Shown here: piece after piece, positions 1-11,787 of the stretch | How positions within the stretch are numbered: the first letter of the stretch is position 1 | Layout of the letters: each line of letters begins with the position of its first letter | Source of the DNA: Narcine bancroftii | Taxonomy: Eukaryota | Length of the DNA stretch: 64,000 bases | Reading direction: 5' to 3' | NCBI RefSeq assembly: GCF_036971445.1 | Contig: NC_091475.1 | Location: 193,378,001-193,442,000, forward strand | Notes under the pieces: generated by a model | Database searches by the model: none | What the model saw: the letters and a program-made list of their open reading frames with translations, nothing else | What the model was told of the DNA's origin: nothing | Position numbers and translations under genes: made by a program

Positions 1-291
1 AAGGGATTGCTTAAGGTGGTATGTGGGTGGAAAGAAAAACTTTGAAGACCACTATTTTAATCATACCTAATTGACTTGTTATGTGCACGGTTTCATAACT
101 GCAAAGGAAATGGGACAATGACAATTTTTCTCAAGCAAAATATTTCAGTAACAATTGGGTCTAGAGCTGCGATTCTCAACCTTCCCACTCACATACCACA
201 TTAAGTAATCCCTTACTAATCACAGAGCACTGATGGCATAGGGATTACTTAAAGTGGTATGTGAGTTGAAAGAAAAGGTTGAGAACCACTG
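1..291. mobile_element. hAT (Charlie-like) MITE, palindromic, left end cut off by the window edge
   Basis: Ends in GTTGAGAACCACTG (revcomp CAGTGGTTCTCAAC, a typical hAT-Charlie TIR). 167-291 is an internal inverted repeat, and its right arm recurs at 1-53. Confidence 0.6.
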
Positions 292-295
292 CCTT

Positions 296-800
296 AGATA
301 GGATCTTCATATCAACTTTCAGTAACAAGATAAGTCTCTAAGATGTACCTTTTGTTGGCTCTTTCCCTTTTTTAGAATAAAAGAGATGCATGCCTCGTTA
401 AATGATAAAGGAAGCTCTTTTTTTAAATGAGTCATCCAATATCCCATTTAAGCTTAATGGGGTACAAGTGGTTTGGAGAAGGATTTATAAAATTCTACAG
501 GAAATCCATTTGGTCCTGGAGATTTACCAGACTGTAATGAGGAAATAGCCACAGGTATATCCTCCTGCGAAATGGGTTTCTCCAAACTTGCACGTCTGTC
601 TTGGGGAAGTACAGATAAATTCAACTGATCTAGGAATTCTAGGAATTGAAGCACAATCATTATTAAATTCAGAGGCATAAAAATTAGAATAAAATTCTCT
701 AAAGGTCTCATATTTTAAAAATAATCCGTTGTCATATTACCATCACTCAGATGAATCTTGTTTGTTTTTTAGCAGAAATTCCTTTTAATTGTCCAGCTAA
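296..800 (-). mobile_element. L1/Tx1-clade LINE ORF2 fragment (RT N-terminal part)
   Basis: ORF 454-711 encodes ISSLQSGKSPGPNGFPVEFYKSF, the KSPGPDGF motif of L1-clade RT. Decayed. Confidence 0.8.
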
Positions 801-2090
801 TTCCATTTCTTAACATTTGCTGTTCATTGTGAACATTTAATGGAATTTTGTTGAAGTTTCATTGCCCTTTTTTGGCTGAAATTCAGAGATTAATTGGAGA
901 AGATCAAGGTTCAATTACTGGATTGCAAATTTGTAACAGAGGAACTATCTGATTTATAGGCTGTTTCAAGGGATTGTAAATCAGCCATGATTGAATGGTG
1001 GAATGGACTCAATAAGATGAATGATGTGATCCTGCTCAGAAAATTTGCACCAACCCACTAGCCGGAGCGTTCACAGACATTTTCAACTTCTCATTGCTGC
1101 AGTCAGAGGTTCCCACCTGCTTCAAAAGGGTATCAATCATCCCGGTCAGTGCCCAAGAAGAGAAGTGAGAGCTGCCTCAACAACATTCGCTCAGTAGCAC
1201 TAACTTCTACTGTGATGAAATGCTTTGAGAGGCTGGTCATGGGCAGAATTAACATGCGACTAAGCAAAGGTCTGGACCTGCTGCAACTTGCCTATCGTCA
1301 CAATTGCTCCACAGCAGGCGCAATATCACTGGCTCTCCACACAGCTATGGATCACCTTGAAAACAGCAACTCATACATACGGCTGCTCTTCATTGACCTC
1401 ACCTCATTCTTCAACACCACTATTCCCTCAGTGCTGGTCAGGAAGCTACAAACTCTGGGCCTCTGCACCCCCCCCTCCCCCTCTGAACTGGATCCTTGAC
1501 TTCCTCATCAGAAGACCATAGATAATACAAATCCTCACTGATGATCAACACAGATGCACCCCAAGGATTCCTGTTTAGCCCATTATACACCCATGACTGT
1601 GTGGCCAGGCACAATTCCAATGCTATCTACAAAATGCCAATGCCACCACAGTTGTCAGCAGAATAAAAATGGCAATGAGAAAGCATACAGGAGGGAGATA
1701 GATCAGTTTGTTGAGTCATGACAACAATCTTGCACTCAATGTTGGCAAAACCAACGATGTTTGTCGACTTCAGGAGGAAGTCAAGGAAACATGATCCACT
1801 CCTTGTTGAGGGTTCAATAGTCAAGGACTTCAAATCTCTGGGTGTCAACATCTCCAAGGATCTGTCCTGGAGCCTCCACGTTGATGCAATTCACAAAGAA
1901 GGCTCGCCAGCTGGTGTACTTTGTGAGGTACTTGAGATATGGTATGTCACTGAAAATTCTCAAAAACTTCTACAGGTGCACTGTGGAGAGCATTCTAGCT
2001 GGTTGCATCACTGTCTGGTATGAAGGTGCCAAATCTCAGGACAAGAAAAAAACTCCAGAGGGGTTTTAACTTGGCCTGTGACATCACAGG

Positions 2091-2374
2091 TGTGACAGAT
2101 TATGTTATATATAGATATGATTTTGGAAGATACACAGATTAAAACACTTCAAAACTGATCTCATTTAAAGTGCTGGAGCTCTGCTCAAACTCCAAGTGCC
2201 AAAAACTTTGAAGAATGCCTATAAGGACTTCACAAGTAGGTATTAATTGGATATGCTGTGGAGTAATGGAATTATTGTTTTGGAAAGCAACAGATGAATG
2301 AACTCGGAAGATTGGGTCCGGTGCTGCAGTCTGGGTGCAGTTTGCTGTGCTAAGAAGGCCATGTAATTTTCTCT

Positions 2375-2405
<31 letters not shown>

Positions 2406-3076
2406 CAGTTCAGTAGCAGCAGCTGGGACTGGAACAGGAAAAGCTGGCAAGCTTGTGGAAAAACCCCATTTTGAAGACGGGTTGTGAGTTCTTAGTTCAG
2501 CCTGGTCAAAGCCCTTGTGGTCTATACAAGAGGAGAGGACAAGCTGTATAAAGTTTCACTTGAAATAAAAGAAACCAAAAATGAACTCTGTGTGACCTGA
2601 AAGAAAAAGATTATCATCTGGAGAACCCCGATGGGGCAAGTTTCTTTGGCAAGACACTGAAGTGGCTGATCGGAAGGGATCAGTTTGTGTCCAGTGAACA
2701 ACAAATCTCTCTCTGAAAACTGACAAGAACCTTCCTGAATGGTAACTATTTACCTCTCAAGCACAAAAGCCTGGTGAAATTCATAGAAGTTAAATTCTGT
2801 GCACAGTATAAGAATTGCCTGACACCAGTGAAGTTGGAGAAGTGAGATTGGACTGTGAATCAAGGAACTTTTCTGAACTTACACACACAGTACATACACG
2901 TGAACTTAGAATTAGAAGGCGGTTAAGTTAGATTAAGTTAAGTTAATAGTAATAAGTTAAAGTTTGATCCTGTTTTTATGTTGAAAGAAAATTAAAAGCA
3001 GCTTTTGTTTAAGTAACCATTTGTCATGGTGAATTTCTATTGTTGCTGGGTTTTGGGGTCCTCTGGGTCCATAACA
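2091..3076 (+). mobile_element. Solo LTR, family A, copy 1
   Basis: TGTGACA...TAACA termini and 4-bp TSD CAGG (2087-2090 / 3077-3080). Homologous to five other copies in the window. Confidence 0.85.
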
Positions 3077-3333
3077 CAGGCATCAGTCTTCACTCCATTG
3101 AGGACATCTACAAGAGATGGTGTCTTAATAAAGCAGCCTCTATCCTCAAAGGCTCCCACCACACAGGCTATGCCCTCTTCACTCTGCTACCATTGGGGGA
3201 AAAAGGTACAGGAGCCTAAAGATGAGCATTCAGTGGCACAAGGACAGCTTCTTCCCCACTGCCATCAGATTCCGGAATAATCATTGAATCAAAGACGCGG
3301 CCTTACTTTTCGTGTACTATTTTTAAAATGTAT

Positions 3334-4094
3334 TGTTACAGAGTCCAGAGGACCCCAAAAACCAGCAACAATAGATATGCACCACAACACAGGGTTATTT
3401 AAACAAAAGTAGTTTTTAATTATATTTGAACAAGAAAACAGAATTAAACTTTAACTTATTACTTAACCTACTTAATTCCCCCCCCCCCCACCCCCTAATA
3501 CTAAGTGCAGGTGTGTGTAATGTATATTTAAGATTAGAAAAGTTCTTTGGATCACAGTCCAATCTCATTGGTTGCAGGCAATTTTTGTACTGTGCACAGA
3601 CATTAGCATTAACAAAGTTCACCAGTCTTTGGTGCTTAACAGGCAAATGGTTACCAGTCAGGAGGGTTCTTGCTGGTTTTCAGTGAGAGATTCCTTTTCT
3701 AGGACATCCGCAACGGATTCCTTCTCAATCAGTCTTGCTGACAAAACTTGCCCCCTTCAGGGTTCTCCAGATGATCCTCTTTCTTTCAGGTCACCTTTCA
3801 GACTGCCAGTCTTCTCCTTTGACAAGGCAGCCTTCCAAAGTTTGCCAGCATGTCCCTCCAGAGCTGATTTCTGTGACTCCTTCCCTCTCTCTGTTTCACA
3901 CCCTCCCTTTCTGAGAGTAAAACTGTTCTGTGTCTGTCTGCAAAGATCACATGCTCTCCCAGGCCAGCTGTATGTTGCAACTTGGTTGTTCTTTCTGCAA
4001 TAAGCACCCTGCAAAAATTCTGTGTTTTGAAATGTGTTTGTGTGCAAGCTGCTCTAGCAATTCCTCTCAAGCCACCTCTAAATACCCTGTCACA
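3334..4094 (-). mobile_element. Solo LTR, family A, copy 2
   Basis: TGTTACA...TGTCACA termini, TSD GTAT (3330-3333 / 4095-4098). Confidence 0.85.
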
Positions 4095-5363
4095 GTATTG
4101 TTATAAGAGTGCTCTATATGAATGTTTGCACTGTGACGCTGCCGCAAAACACCAAATTTCGTGACTTGTTCATGACAATAAATTCTGATTCTAGGTCTTG
4201 TGGGATCCACACAGATATAGGCATCCAGATATAGGCTGCTGAAAGATCATCAGTTTGGTCAAAGATGCCTTGTGGTCTGCCCAAAACATGTTGGTCCCCC
4301 CCCCCCCCCCCACCACACAGAGATGTCGATGAGGGAATGCTGGCGACTGGCAGAGGAACACACTATACAGTCAATATGAGAGTGTGTTGGGGAAGGACCA
4401 CAGTCGAGGGTCCTTTGCTACCAGGGATTAGGGGGCCAAGGCTGGTGGGGGACCCCTTAAACATATGAAGGGGAGAATTAACCCCAGAGGAACGCATTAG
4501 TGGCAGTGGAGCTACGTAGTATGATTAATACTCTCATGAAATGCTTACGAGAATGTGACACTAAGACTTTGCTCAGTTTTCCATTGAATATATTTTTTTT
4601 ATTGTGAACAATGTTTATTTGCGAGGAAAAAAATGAAATGTTGGCTCAGCCCGTGAAGCCCACATTTCTTAATGCTTCAGCCATTTTTAACCTTTCTTAA
4701 TATTGACTGCGGACTGGGTCCTTGGGTAAACTACGGTACAAACACCAGTAAGAACCAGCTGATGTTTGGGTATATTACCAGTCCCAGAAAATGGGGACAT
4801 GGAGTCCAAAGGGTTAAATGAATAACTCTGGAGCCTGTAAAATGGTCACTTCACATATAATATGGACCTGTTTGGTTATTTTGAAAGTGTTTTAAATAGC
4901 ACATGTCAGTGCTTTATCTAGTGGCTTGATTTTACATTGTTCACCCCAAAGGCCCATTATAAGTCTAGCCAAAACACCTTTAATTATTCTGTCTCAGACA
5001 TTCTCTACCCTTTTTAAGGCCTCCTCCCCCCCCCCCCCACCCATGGTCTCTGCTCAAAGTTTATTGGTCCCCTTCCCTGTGAAGCAGTCAAGTTTTGGTT
5101 TCTTCTGTACTTCTCTCTTCTGACTGCACAAACAAAACCTATCAAGAATATTTATGTTACACGAGATGAAAAGAAATCAAGCTTTTATTTATGTCCTGTG
5201 ACCCCCCCCCCCTCCCCCCAGGAGAGCCTTCGGGTCCCCATTGAGAATGGCTGCTCTAACCAATAGAAGAGAATGCCTCTTTTAAAATCAATCGTTGACC
5301 AGGACTCACTAAGTGTTCTAGTTTAGGGGTAAAACACAGGATTCTGTTGACCCCGTGGTTAAG

Positions 5364-5558
5364 TGAAAAACCCCACAAATGCTGGAGAATCTCAGCAGGT
5401 CAAACAGTGCCTTTATGTAGCAAAGATAAGATACATCATGAGCTTTTCAGGCTTGATGAAGGGCTCAAGCCCAAAACATTGGTGATGCATCTTTACCTTT
5501 GCTACATAAAGGCACTGTTTAATCTGCTGAATTTCTCCAGCGTTTGTGTGTTTTTTCA
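5364..5558. repeat. Long inverted repeat of Penelope-like terminal sequence
   Basis: Arms of ~75 bp (5364-5438 / 5483-5558) are reverse complements. The spacer contains TTGATGA-A-GGGCTCAAGCCC-AAAAC. Confidence 0.75.
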
Positions 5559-5876
5559 AGAGTTCTAATTTAGGTGGGCTGAAAAGTGATTTCAGTGGAA
5601 GCATTTCAGCCACATAACTTGATATTCAGACTAAGCTGGTCAGTACAGAGTGCACAGAAGATCAAGACTGCATTACAATGCATCCAACAGCTACACAATA
5701 ATGTCTTAGATTTGTTTTTCTCCTTATTTTAATTAATACATCAATTAATGCCAAATTGAGACCCTTTTGCTAATCTGTATGAGAAAAAAAATAGCCTGCA
5801 CCCTTTAATGTTATGATGAACATCTTCCAACTGGACAAGAATAAAACTGTTTAATTTATTCTTTTCTGGTGTGCAG

Positions 5877-5989
5877 GTAGATTTGTGAATGGAAAAGCTG
5901 AAGGTGACGTTCATCCGAGATTAAATCCAATCTCGGCCATTAGGCTGTTAATTTTACAAGATTCCAAAGTGTGGGTTCTACTTGACGAG
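5877..5989 (+). CDS. MGAT4A: MGAT4A (GlcNAc-transferase IVa) penultimate coding exon
   Basis: cag|GT AGA TTT...GAC GAG|gtaag. Translates (G)RFVNGKAEGDVHPRLNPISAIRLLILQDSKVWVLLDE, matching the MGAT4A C-terminus (human [38 protein letters not shown]). Adjacent to UNC50 as in human. Confidence 0.88.
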
Positions 5990-6534
5990 GTAAGAAGTTT
6001 TAATGCTCAGAAATGTATCAAGTTGTGACAGTTTCTGCAGATCTTCTAGGGTGTTTCACATGTAAAGTGCTAGTTTTAAAAAAAATTGGAGTAGAATTTA
6101 TACAGGGGTTTTCATGTTCTCAGAATCCCAATGTATTTTAAAGCCAATTTTACATTTTAAGCATGGTGCTTGAAATTTAGGGAACTTTTGTACAATAAGC
6201 TCTCACAAATATCAATATATTCAAGATCAGATCTTCTGGGCTTTACTAGAGGCAATTATTGATGAGTAAGGGCTGAAACATGAAGGAAAACTATCCCCTT
6301 GTACTATAGTAGTGAAAGGAGATTTTCCCTGAGGGAGCAGACTAATTTCCAGCCCTGTGTTAAAAATCTGCAAGGCTTTAACTAGCATAAAGAGTACTGT
6401 GCATTTTCATTGGATCCGTAAATGCTGCAGTGTTCCTAGAACCTTGAGGGAAAAAGGTTGTCCTGTTGAATCAGGATTGTGAGAAGCCATGGACCAATTT
6501 GTCAGCTTGTAACTGTTAGTTTAACTTATTGCAT

Positions 6535-7085
6535 GGGTGGCACGGTTAACATAGCAGTTAGCAATTTGGATATTCTCTCGTCACCACGTAGGTTTTCCCT
6601 CGGTGCTCCAATTTCTCCCACCCTTGAAAACGTATGGGGTTCACAAGATATAGGAGCAGAAGTAAGGCAATCAAATCTATTCTGCCATTCTATCGTGAAC
6701 TGATCCATCCTCCCACTCAGTCCCACTGCACGGCCTTCTCCCTGTAACCCTAGATGCCCTGACTAATTGAATGCACGTCAATCTCTGCCTTAAATGCACT
6801 CAGTGACCTCACTTACAAAGCTGTCTGTGGCAGCAAGTTCCACAGACTCACAACCCTCTGGCTAAAGAAATGTTTCCACATCTCTGCTTTTCCACGTTTT
6901 AAATTGAAGTCTTTTTATCCTGGAGTTATGCCCTCTTCAAGACTCCCCTACCATGGGAAACAACCTTCCCACATCTACTCTGTCTAGGCCTTTGGGCATT
7001 CAGTTGTAGGTTAATTTGGGTATAATTTAGCAGCATGGGGTTTAAATGGCCAGAATCAGCTTCTACCATGTTGTAGATAAAATTT
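6535..7085. mobile_element. Cluster of tRNA-SINE and CR1 3'-end fragments
   Basis: GGTGGCACGGTT A-box-like head at ~6537. Inverted CR1 3' tail (AAGATATAGGAGCAGAAGTAAGGCAATC) from ~6645. SINE tail at ~7000-7085. Confidence 0.6.
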
Positions 7086-7608
7086 AATTTAAAATAATTA
7101 AGTAAACAGCCTGCGAGATAAGGGTTAATAGGGTCTCTATGCATTCTCTTGTCAACATTTTCAATGGGGAATACAAAAGTTGTGCCCTCAACATACCAGA
7201 TATAAATAAGACTCTATAGGTTTCTTTTTCCTGCTCACTCCACAAATTAGAGAATTGAAAACTGAAGGGAAATATTAATATACACATATACATTTTTAAA
7301 AGTTATAGCAATCTGTTTAAAATTTGTTTTATTAATATTGTAGCTTTAATATTTATTGCAAAAGAAACCCTCAAAACATTTATCAGGAATGTTATCATAT
7401 AAAATGTGACCACTTAAATATCAGGATTAATGATCAAAGTGTTCAGATTTTAGGATGTGACACCAGACAATAAGGAGAGGTAGAAAATGCGGACCAGTTT
7501 AGGGAAGATATTGCAGAACTTAGGAGTTGATAATAGAATGTGCAATGGTCTATCATGAATCTGCAAGAGTCTTCGAATACGTCAATCAATTGAATCAAAT
7601 TTTCATGA

Positions 7609-8625
7609 TGTTACAAGCCAAGAGAACCCCAAACCCCAGCAGTAATAGATATTCACCAAGACAAATGGTTACTTAAACAAATGTTGGTTTTAATTATCTT
7701 TAAACATGAAAACAGAATCACACTTTTACTTATCACTATTGACTTAAGTAACCTAACTTAACTCCCTTCTAATTCTAAGCGCATGTGTATGTACTATGTG
7801 TGTAAGTTCAGAAAAGTTCTTTTGTTCACAGTCCAATCTCACTTCTCGTTCCTCCAAATTCACTGGTTTCAGGCAATTCCTATACTGTGCACAGAATTCA
7901 ACATTTATAAAGTTCACCAGACTTTGGTGCTTGAAAGGTAAATGGTTACCAGTCAGGAAGATTCTTTTTGGTTTTCAGAGAGAGATTTGTTGTATATTTA
8001 CTTCCATCAGCCACTTCAGTGTCTTGGTGAAGAAACTTGCCCCCTTTAGGGTTCTCCAGATGATAACCTCTTTCTTTCAGGTCATCACAGAGTTCCTTTT
8101 TGTTTCACTTATTCCAAGTGAAACATTAGACAGCCAGTCCTCTCCTCTTGCATGAACCACAAAGGCTTTGACCAGGCTGAACTAAGCACTCACAACCTGT
8201 CTTCCAAATGGGGTTTTCCACAAGCTTGCCAGCTTGTCCTGTTCCAGTCCCCGTTGCTGCTGCTGACTGTAAAACTGTACAACTGATCTCTGTCTCTCTC
8301 TCTCTCACACACACACAGAGAAAACCTGTTTTACTCTCTCTGCTTGCAAAACCACATGACCCTCCTAGAACAGCAGGTTGCACTTCAGACAATCTGCGGG
8401 TCCAACAAGTTCTTTCATCTGTTGTCTTTTGTAAACAACAATCCATTAGTGAAGTCTCTTGGGCACTTTACAGAGCTTTTGCAAAGGCTCTGAGGCACCG
8501 ACACGTCTAGCATGAGCAGAGCTCCTGTATTTTAAATAAGATCTGTTTTAAAGTGTTTGTATGTGACCTACACTAACAAACCTGTCTCACTTTATCTCCC
8601 AAAAACATATCTCTATGCTGTCACA
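7609..8625 (-). mobile_element. Solo LTR, family A, copy 3
   Basis: TGTTACA...TGTCACA termini, TSD ATGA/ATCA (one mismatch). Confidence 0.85.
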
Positions 8626-9034
8626 ATCAAGATCACTGATTCAATGAAAATTGGGCAATTTTATTACTTATTTATTTCCCAGGATCTGGGTTTTACTGTC
8701 ATAGCCTGTGTTGACAGCCTTTGAAGAAATGCCATTCAGCTGCATCCTAGGTCTGCTCTGGTCCAGATGAAGGTTGGGTAGAGCACGATGGAAGTTTGGC
8801 TCTGTGATGATGAGGGAACAGCCAAGTCAGGACGTTGTGTTATTTGGTGTCACCGTGTGCCAGAATATCTCAATCTCCTTGATAGTAGAAGTTGTATGTT
8901 TGGAAGGGATTTCCTGAGTTGCCCACAAAAGTGTTTTCATGAAGGTTGGAGTTGAGAGGTCCTGATGAAATCCAAACTGAGGCATGACTACAATTGTTAT
9001 GGAAGAGTAAATACTTGATAACACTGTTGACAAC

Positions 9035-9250
9035 ATATTTCATCACCTCAATCCCCATCCCATTACCTTGCTGACATGTCTGTCCATGGTCTCATGCACT
9101 ACCAGACTGAGACCACCTGCAAATAGTAGGAGCAAACACCTGATCTTCTGTCTAGTCAACCTCCAACCAAATGGCATTAACATTGACTTCTCTAGTTTCA
9201 GTTAAATCCTATCCCCACCACTTCCATTTTTTCTTCCCTCTGTCGCCTTT
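9035..9250 (+). mobile_element. Penelope-like element, GIY-YIG endonuclease C-terminal remnant
   Basis: Decayed frame HLIFCLVNLQPNGINIDFS resembles the PLE motif EQHLIFRLGTLQPNGxNIEF. A similar piece lies at 28810-28960. Confidence 0.65.
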
Positions 9251-10100
9251 CAAGATTCAAGATTCAATTTATTGTTATGTAATTTTTAAAAAAGTGTTAT
9301 ATTGCACAAAATTGCTTTTACCAGCTAAAAGGCAGACAGATTTGCTATCGACTGAAATTGGCTGAAGCACCTCTTACAGTCAGAGAAAGAGAAGTAAATG
9401 AGAGTTCCCTCCAGTCACTGATTGTCCATGGATTTTCCTCCAGCAATCCTGCAGCTTCCACAGCCACACGGAGTCCAGCCTAAACCTCAGTAGCCCGAAC
9501 TCCAGATCTGAACCTCTAACATGATTAGGAACCATTCAGTACCCTGGCACCCTCTCACAGCTGGATCCAATACCTGGTACCCCTTCGGCCAGTCTCGAGC
9601 CAGTCTCTAGCAGTTTGCTGTCTGGTGTGAGTTCCTTGACCTCAGTCTCCAGTAGCCTACAGCCTGTGTGGGTTCCTCACATCGAGTCACCAGCAGCCCG
9701 CCACCTGTGTGTTTGCAGAATCCCTTACTGGTCATCATCCCTTACTGGTCATCATCCTGTGGATCTTCTCCTCCGCTTCTCCTTCTCAGGTGGAGTGTGG
9801 TCTCCCTGTTTTCTGGTGCCCTGCACCACGCCCTCCACTTTCCCGTAGTCTACATCCCCTCGTGGCTGCTGCCAATCAGAGGCACTGTCATCTTGGGTGC
9901 AGACCCCGTGGTCGCAGCATTTTAAATAAAATCACCGTTGGCTTCTTTAATAGGTCGGTTAAAGCCTGTGTGAACCTGATGGCAGTCAGACTGGGTGGTT
10001 AGACCCCACAGGAGTGGAGTGTCTTTGCTCTCTGTTTTCCACGGGTCTGCACCAGCGGCAGTGCTGCCATTACAGCAGTTCTGGCCATGCTGCCATTTTC
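9250..10100 (-). mobile_element. Non-autonomous retroelement with a (GAATCTT)n tail; related copies at ~39225-39870, ~44215-44570 and ~47000-47130
   Basis: All copies start on + with variants of CAAGATTC...TTTATTGTCATGTAAT. Internal blocks are shared among the longer copies. No coding capacity. Confidence 0.55.
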
Positions 10101-10142
10101 AAAGGGTGCCATTTTCCTCTGTCTCTCGGTATCTCTCTCACT

Positions 10143-11168
10143 TGTGATGGATTATATCATATTTTATATTATATATTGATATGTTTTTGAAGGAGATAGA
10201 TTGTGGTAGTGTAGATCACAAACACTTCACAAAATGGACCTCATTTAAAATGCAAGAGCTTTGCTGAAAGTCAGTCATGCAGGCACCGAGAGCCTTTGCA
10301 AAAATGATGAAACAAGGAGACTGCTTTGCCAGAAAATTTCAAAAGCAGGTGTAAATGGATTATTGTTTTGAAAGCAACAGATGAATGGAATCATAAGTTT
10401 GGGTCCGGTGCTGCAATCTGTCTGGTTGCAATTTGCTGTTCTAAGAAGGTTATGTGGTTTTACAAGAAGCAGAGAGAGAGCGAGAGAGGTTACCAAACAG
10501 GCTTTCGGCTGAAAGAGAGAGAAAAAGAACTGGTTTCTGCAGTCATGGCAAGCTAGCAGCTTGTTGAAACCCTATTTTGAAGTTGGGTTGTGAGTTCTGA
10601 GTTCAGACTGTTGAAAACCCCTGCGGTCCTTACAAGAGGAAATGGCTGGCTAAATGTTTCACCTGAAATAAGGGAAACAAGAGGAACTCTGTGGTGACCT
10701 GCAGAAGAAGAGGTTGTCATTTGGAAAACCCTGATGGGGCAAGTTTCATTGGCAAGACACTGAAGTGGCGATCAGAGGGAATCAGTTTGTATGTGTCCAA
10801 CGAGCAACAAATCTCTCCCGGAAACCAACAAGAACCTTCCCGAGCGGTAACCAATTAATTACCTTTAATCACCAGATCTTGGTGAAATTCATAAATGTTA
10901 AATTCTGTGCACAGTATAAGAATTGCCTGATACCGGTGAATTTGGAGGAGAGAGAAGTGAGATTGGGCTGTAAATCAAAGAAGTGTTCTGAATTTATACA
11001 CGTTACATACATGTGAGTTTAGAATTAGAAGGGGGTTAAATTAGGTTAAGTTAACAGTAATAAGTTAAAGTTTGATCCTGTTTTTATGATTAAAGAAAAT
11101 TAAAAATGACTTTTATTTATGTCTTGGTGAATTTCTATTGCTGCTGGGTTTTGGGGTCCTCTGGGCCC

Positions 11169-11174
<6 letters not shown>
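10143..11174 (+). mobile_element. Solo LTR, family A, copy 4
   Basis: TGTGATGG...CCCATAACA termini. TSD CACT at 10139-10142; the right copy at 11237-11240 follows a (CA)n expansion. Confidence 0.8.

Positions 11175-11238
<64 letters not shown>
11173..11238. repeat. (CA)n microsatellite, ~33 units
   Basis: Pure CA run read directly. Confidence 0.95.
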
Positions 11239-11242
<4 letters not shown>

Positions 11243-11319
11243 CTTACACTTTTTTCCACAAGCTTGCCAGCTTGTCCTGTTCCAGTCCCAGCTGCTGCTG
11301 AACTGTATTCTCTCTCTCT

Positions 11320-11560
11320 TGCTCTCCCCCTTACCATATCCATTTATCACCTACTGTTTGTATGGACTCCTCCCCCGCCAGCCTTTATTCTGATGCCTTC
11401 CTGTTCCGTGTTTATTCCTTGAAGAGGGCCTCAGGCCCAAAACGTCGGTAATGTATCTTTACCTCCTGTGGATGCTGCGAGACCGGCTGTTACTCCACTC
11501 CAGCACTTCTGTACGTTTTTTCTGCAATCATAGTGTCTGCAGGCTCTTGTGCTTCACTTC
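11320..11560 (+). mobile_element. Penelope-like terminal repeat with hammerhead-like core
   Basis: TTGAAGA-GGGCC-TCA-GGCCC-AAAACGTC at 11419-11446, followed by the GGATGCTGC...CTCCAGCAC block shared with other copies. Confidence 0.65.
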
Positions 11561-11760
11561 CCTGACAATTAAGAATAAAGTGGGCTGGAGTACGACAGAC
11601 AGGATTTTAGCCTCAGAACTTTTAATGCATCCAGTAATCTCAGCAATCATTTGAAGTGAATTGAATGACCTTCTGTGACAATGGAGATCTCAGGTGGAAG
11701 TTGAGACAGACCATCTATTCAATTGTTTGATTATGAATTTTTATCTCTTTTCCATTTCAG

Positions 11761-11787
11761 ATCCATCTTAAAAAAACTGCCAGTTAA
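11761..11787 (+). CDS. MGAT4A: MGAT4A last coding exon
   Basis: tctcttttccatttcag|ATC CAT CTT AAA AAA ACT GCC AGT TAA = IHLKKTAS* (human IHIKKATN*). In phase 0 with the previous exon. Confidence 0.85.
   Translation: MHLKKTAS

Larger units (their letters stand above)
1040..4192 (+). mobile_element. Rex1/Babar-clade LINE, 5'-truncated and decayed, interrupted by two solo LTRs
   Basis: ORF pieces VALTSTVMKCFERLV, LQLAYRHNCSTAGAI, IRLLFIDL, FYRCTVESILAGCITVWY. 3' tail AATAAATTCTGATTCT at ~4177-4192. Confidence 0.8.

Noticed and set aside
4687-4817. piggyBac-like MITE (TTAA-CCTTT...AAAGGG-TTAA)
   Set aside because: The inverted match is only ~5 bp; too weak to support.
5871-5885. CAG|GTAG acceptor resembling a recursive-splicing site
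   Set aside because: The GT comes from the split Gly codon of a normal exon, and the donor context (GTAGAT) is weak.
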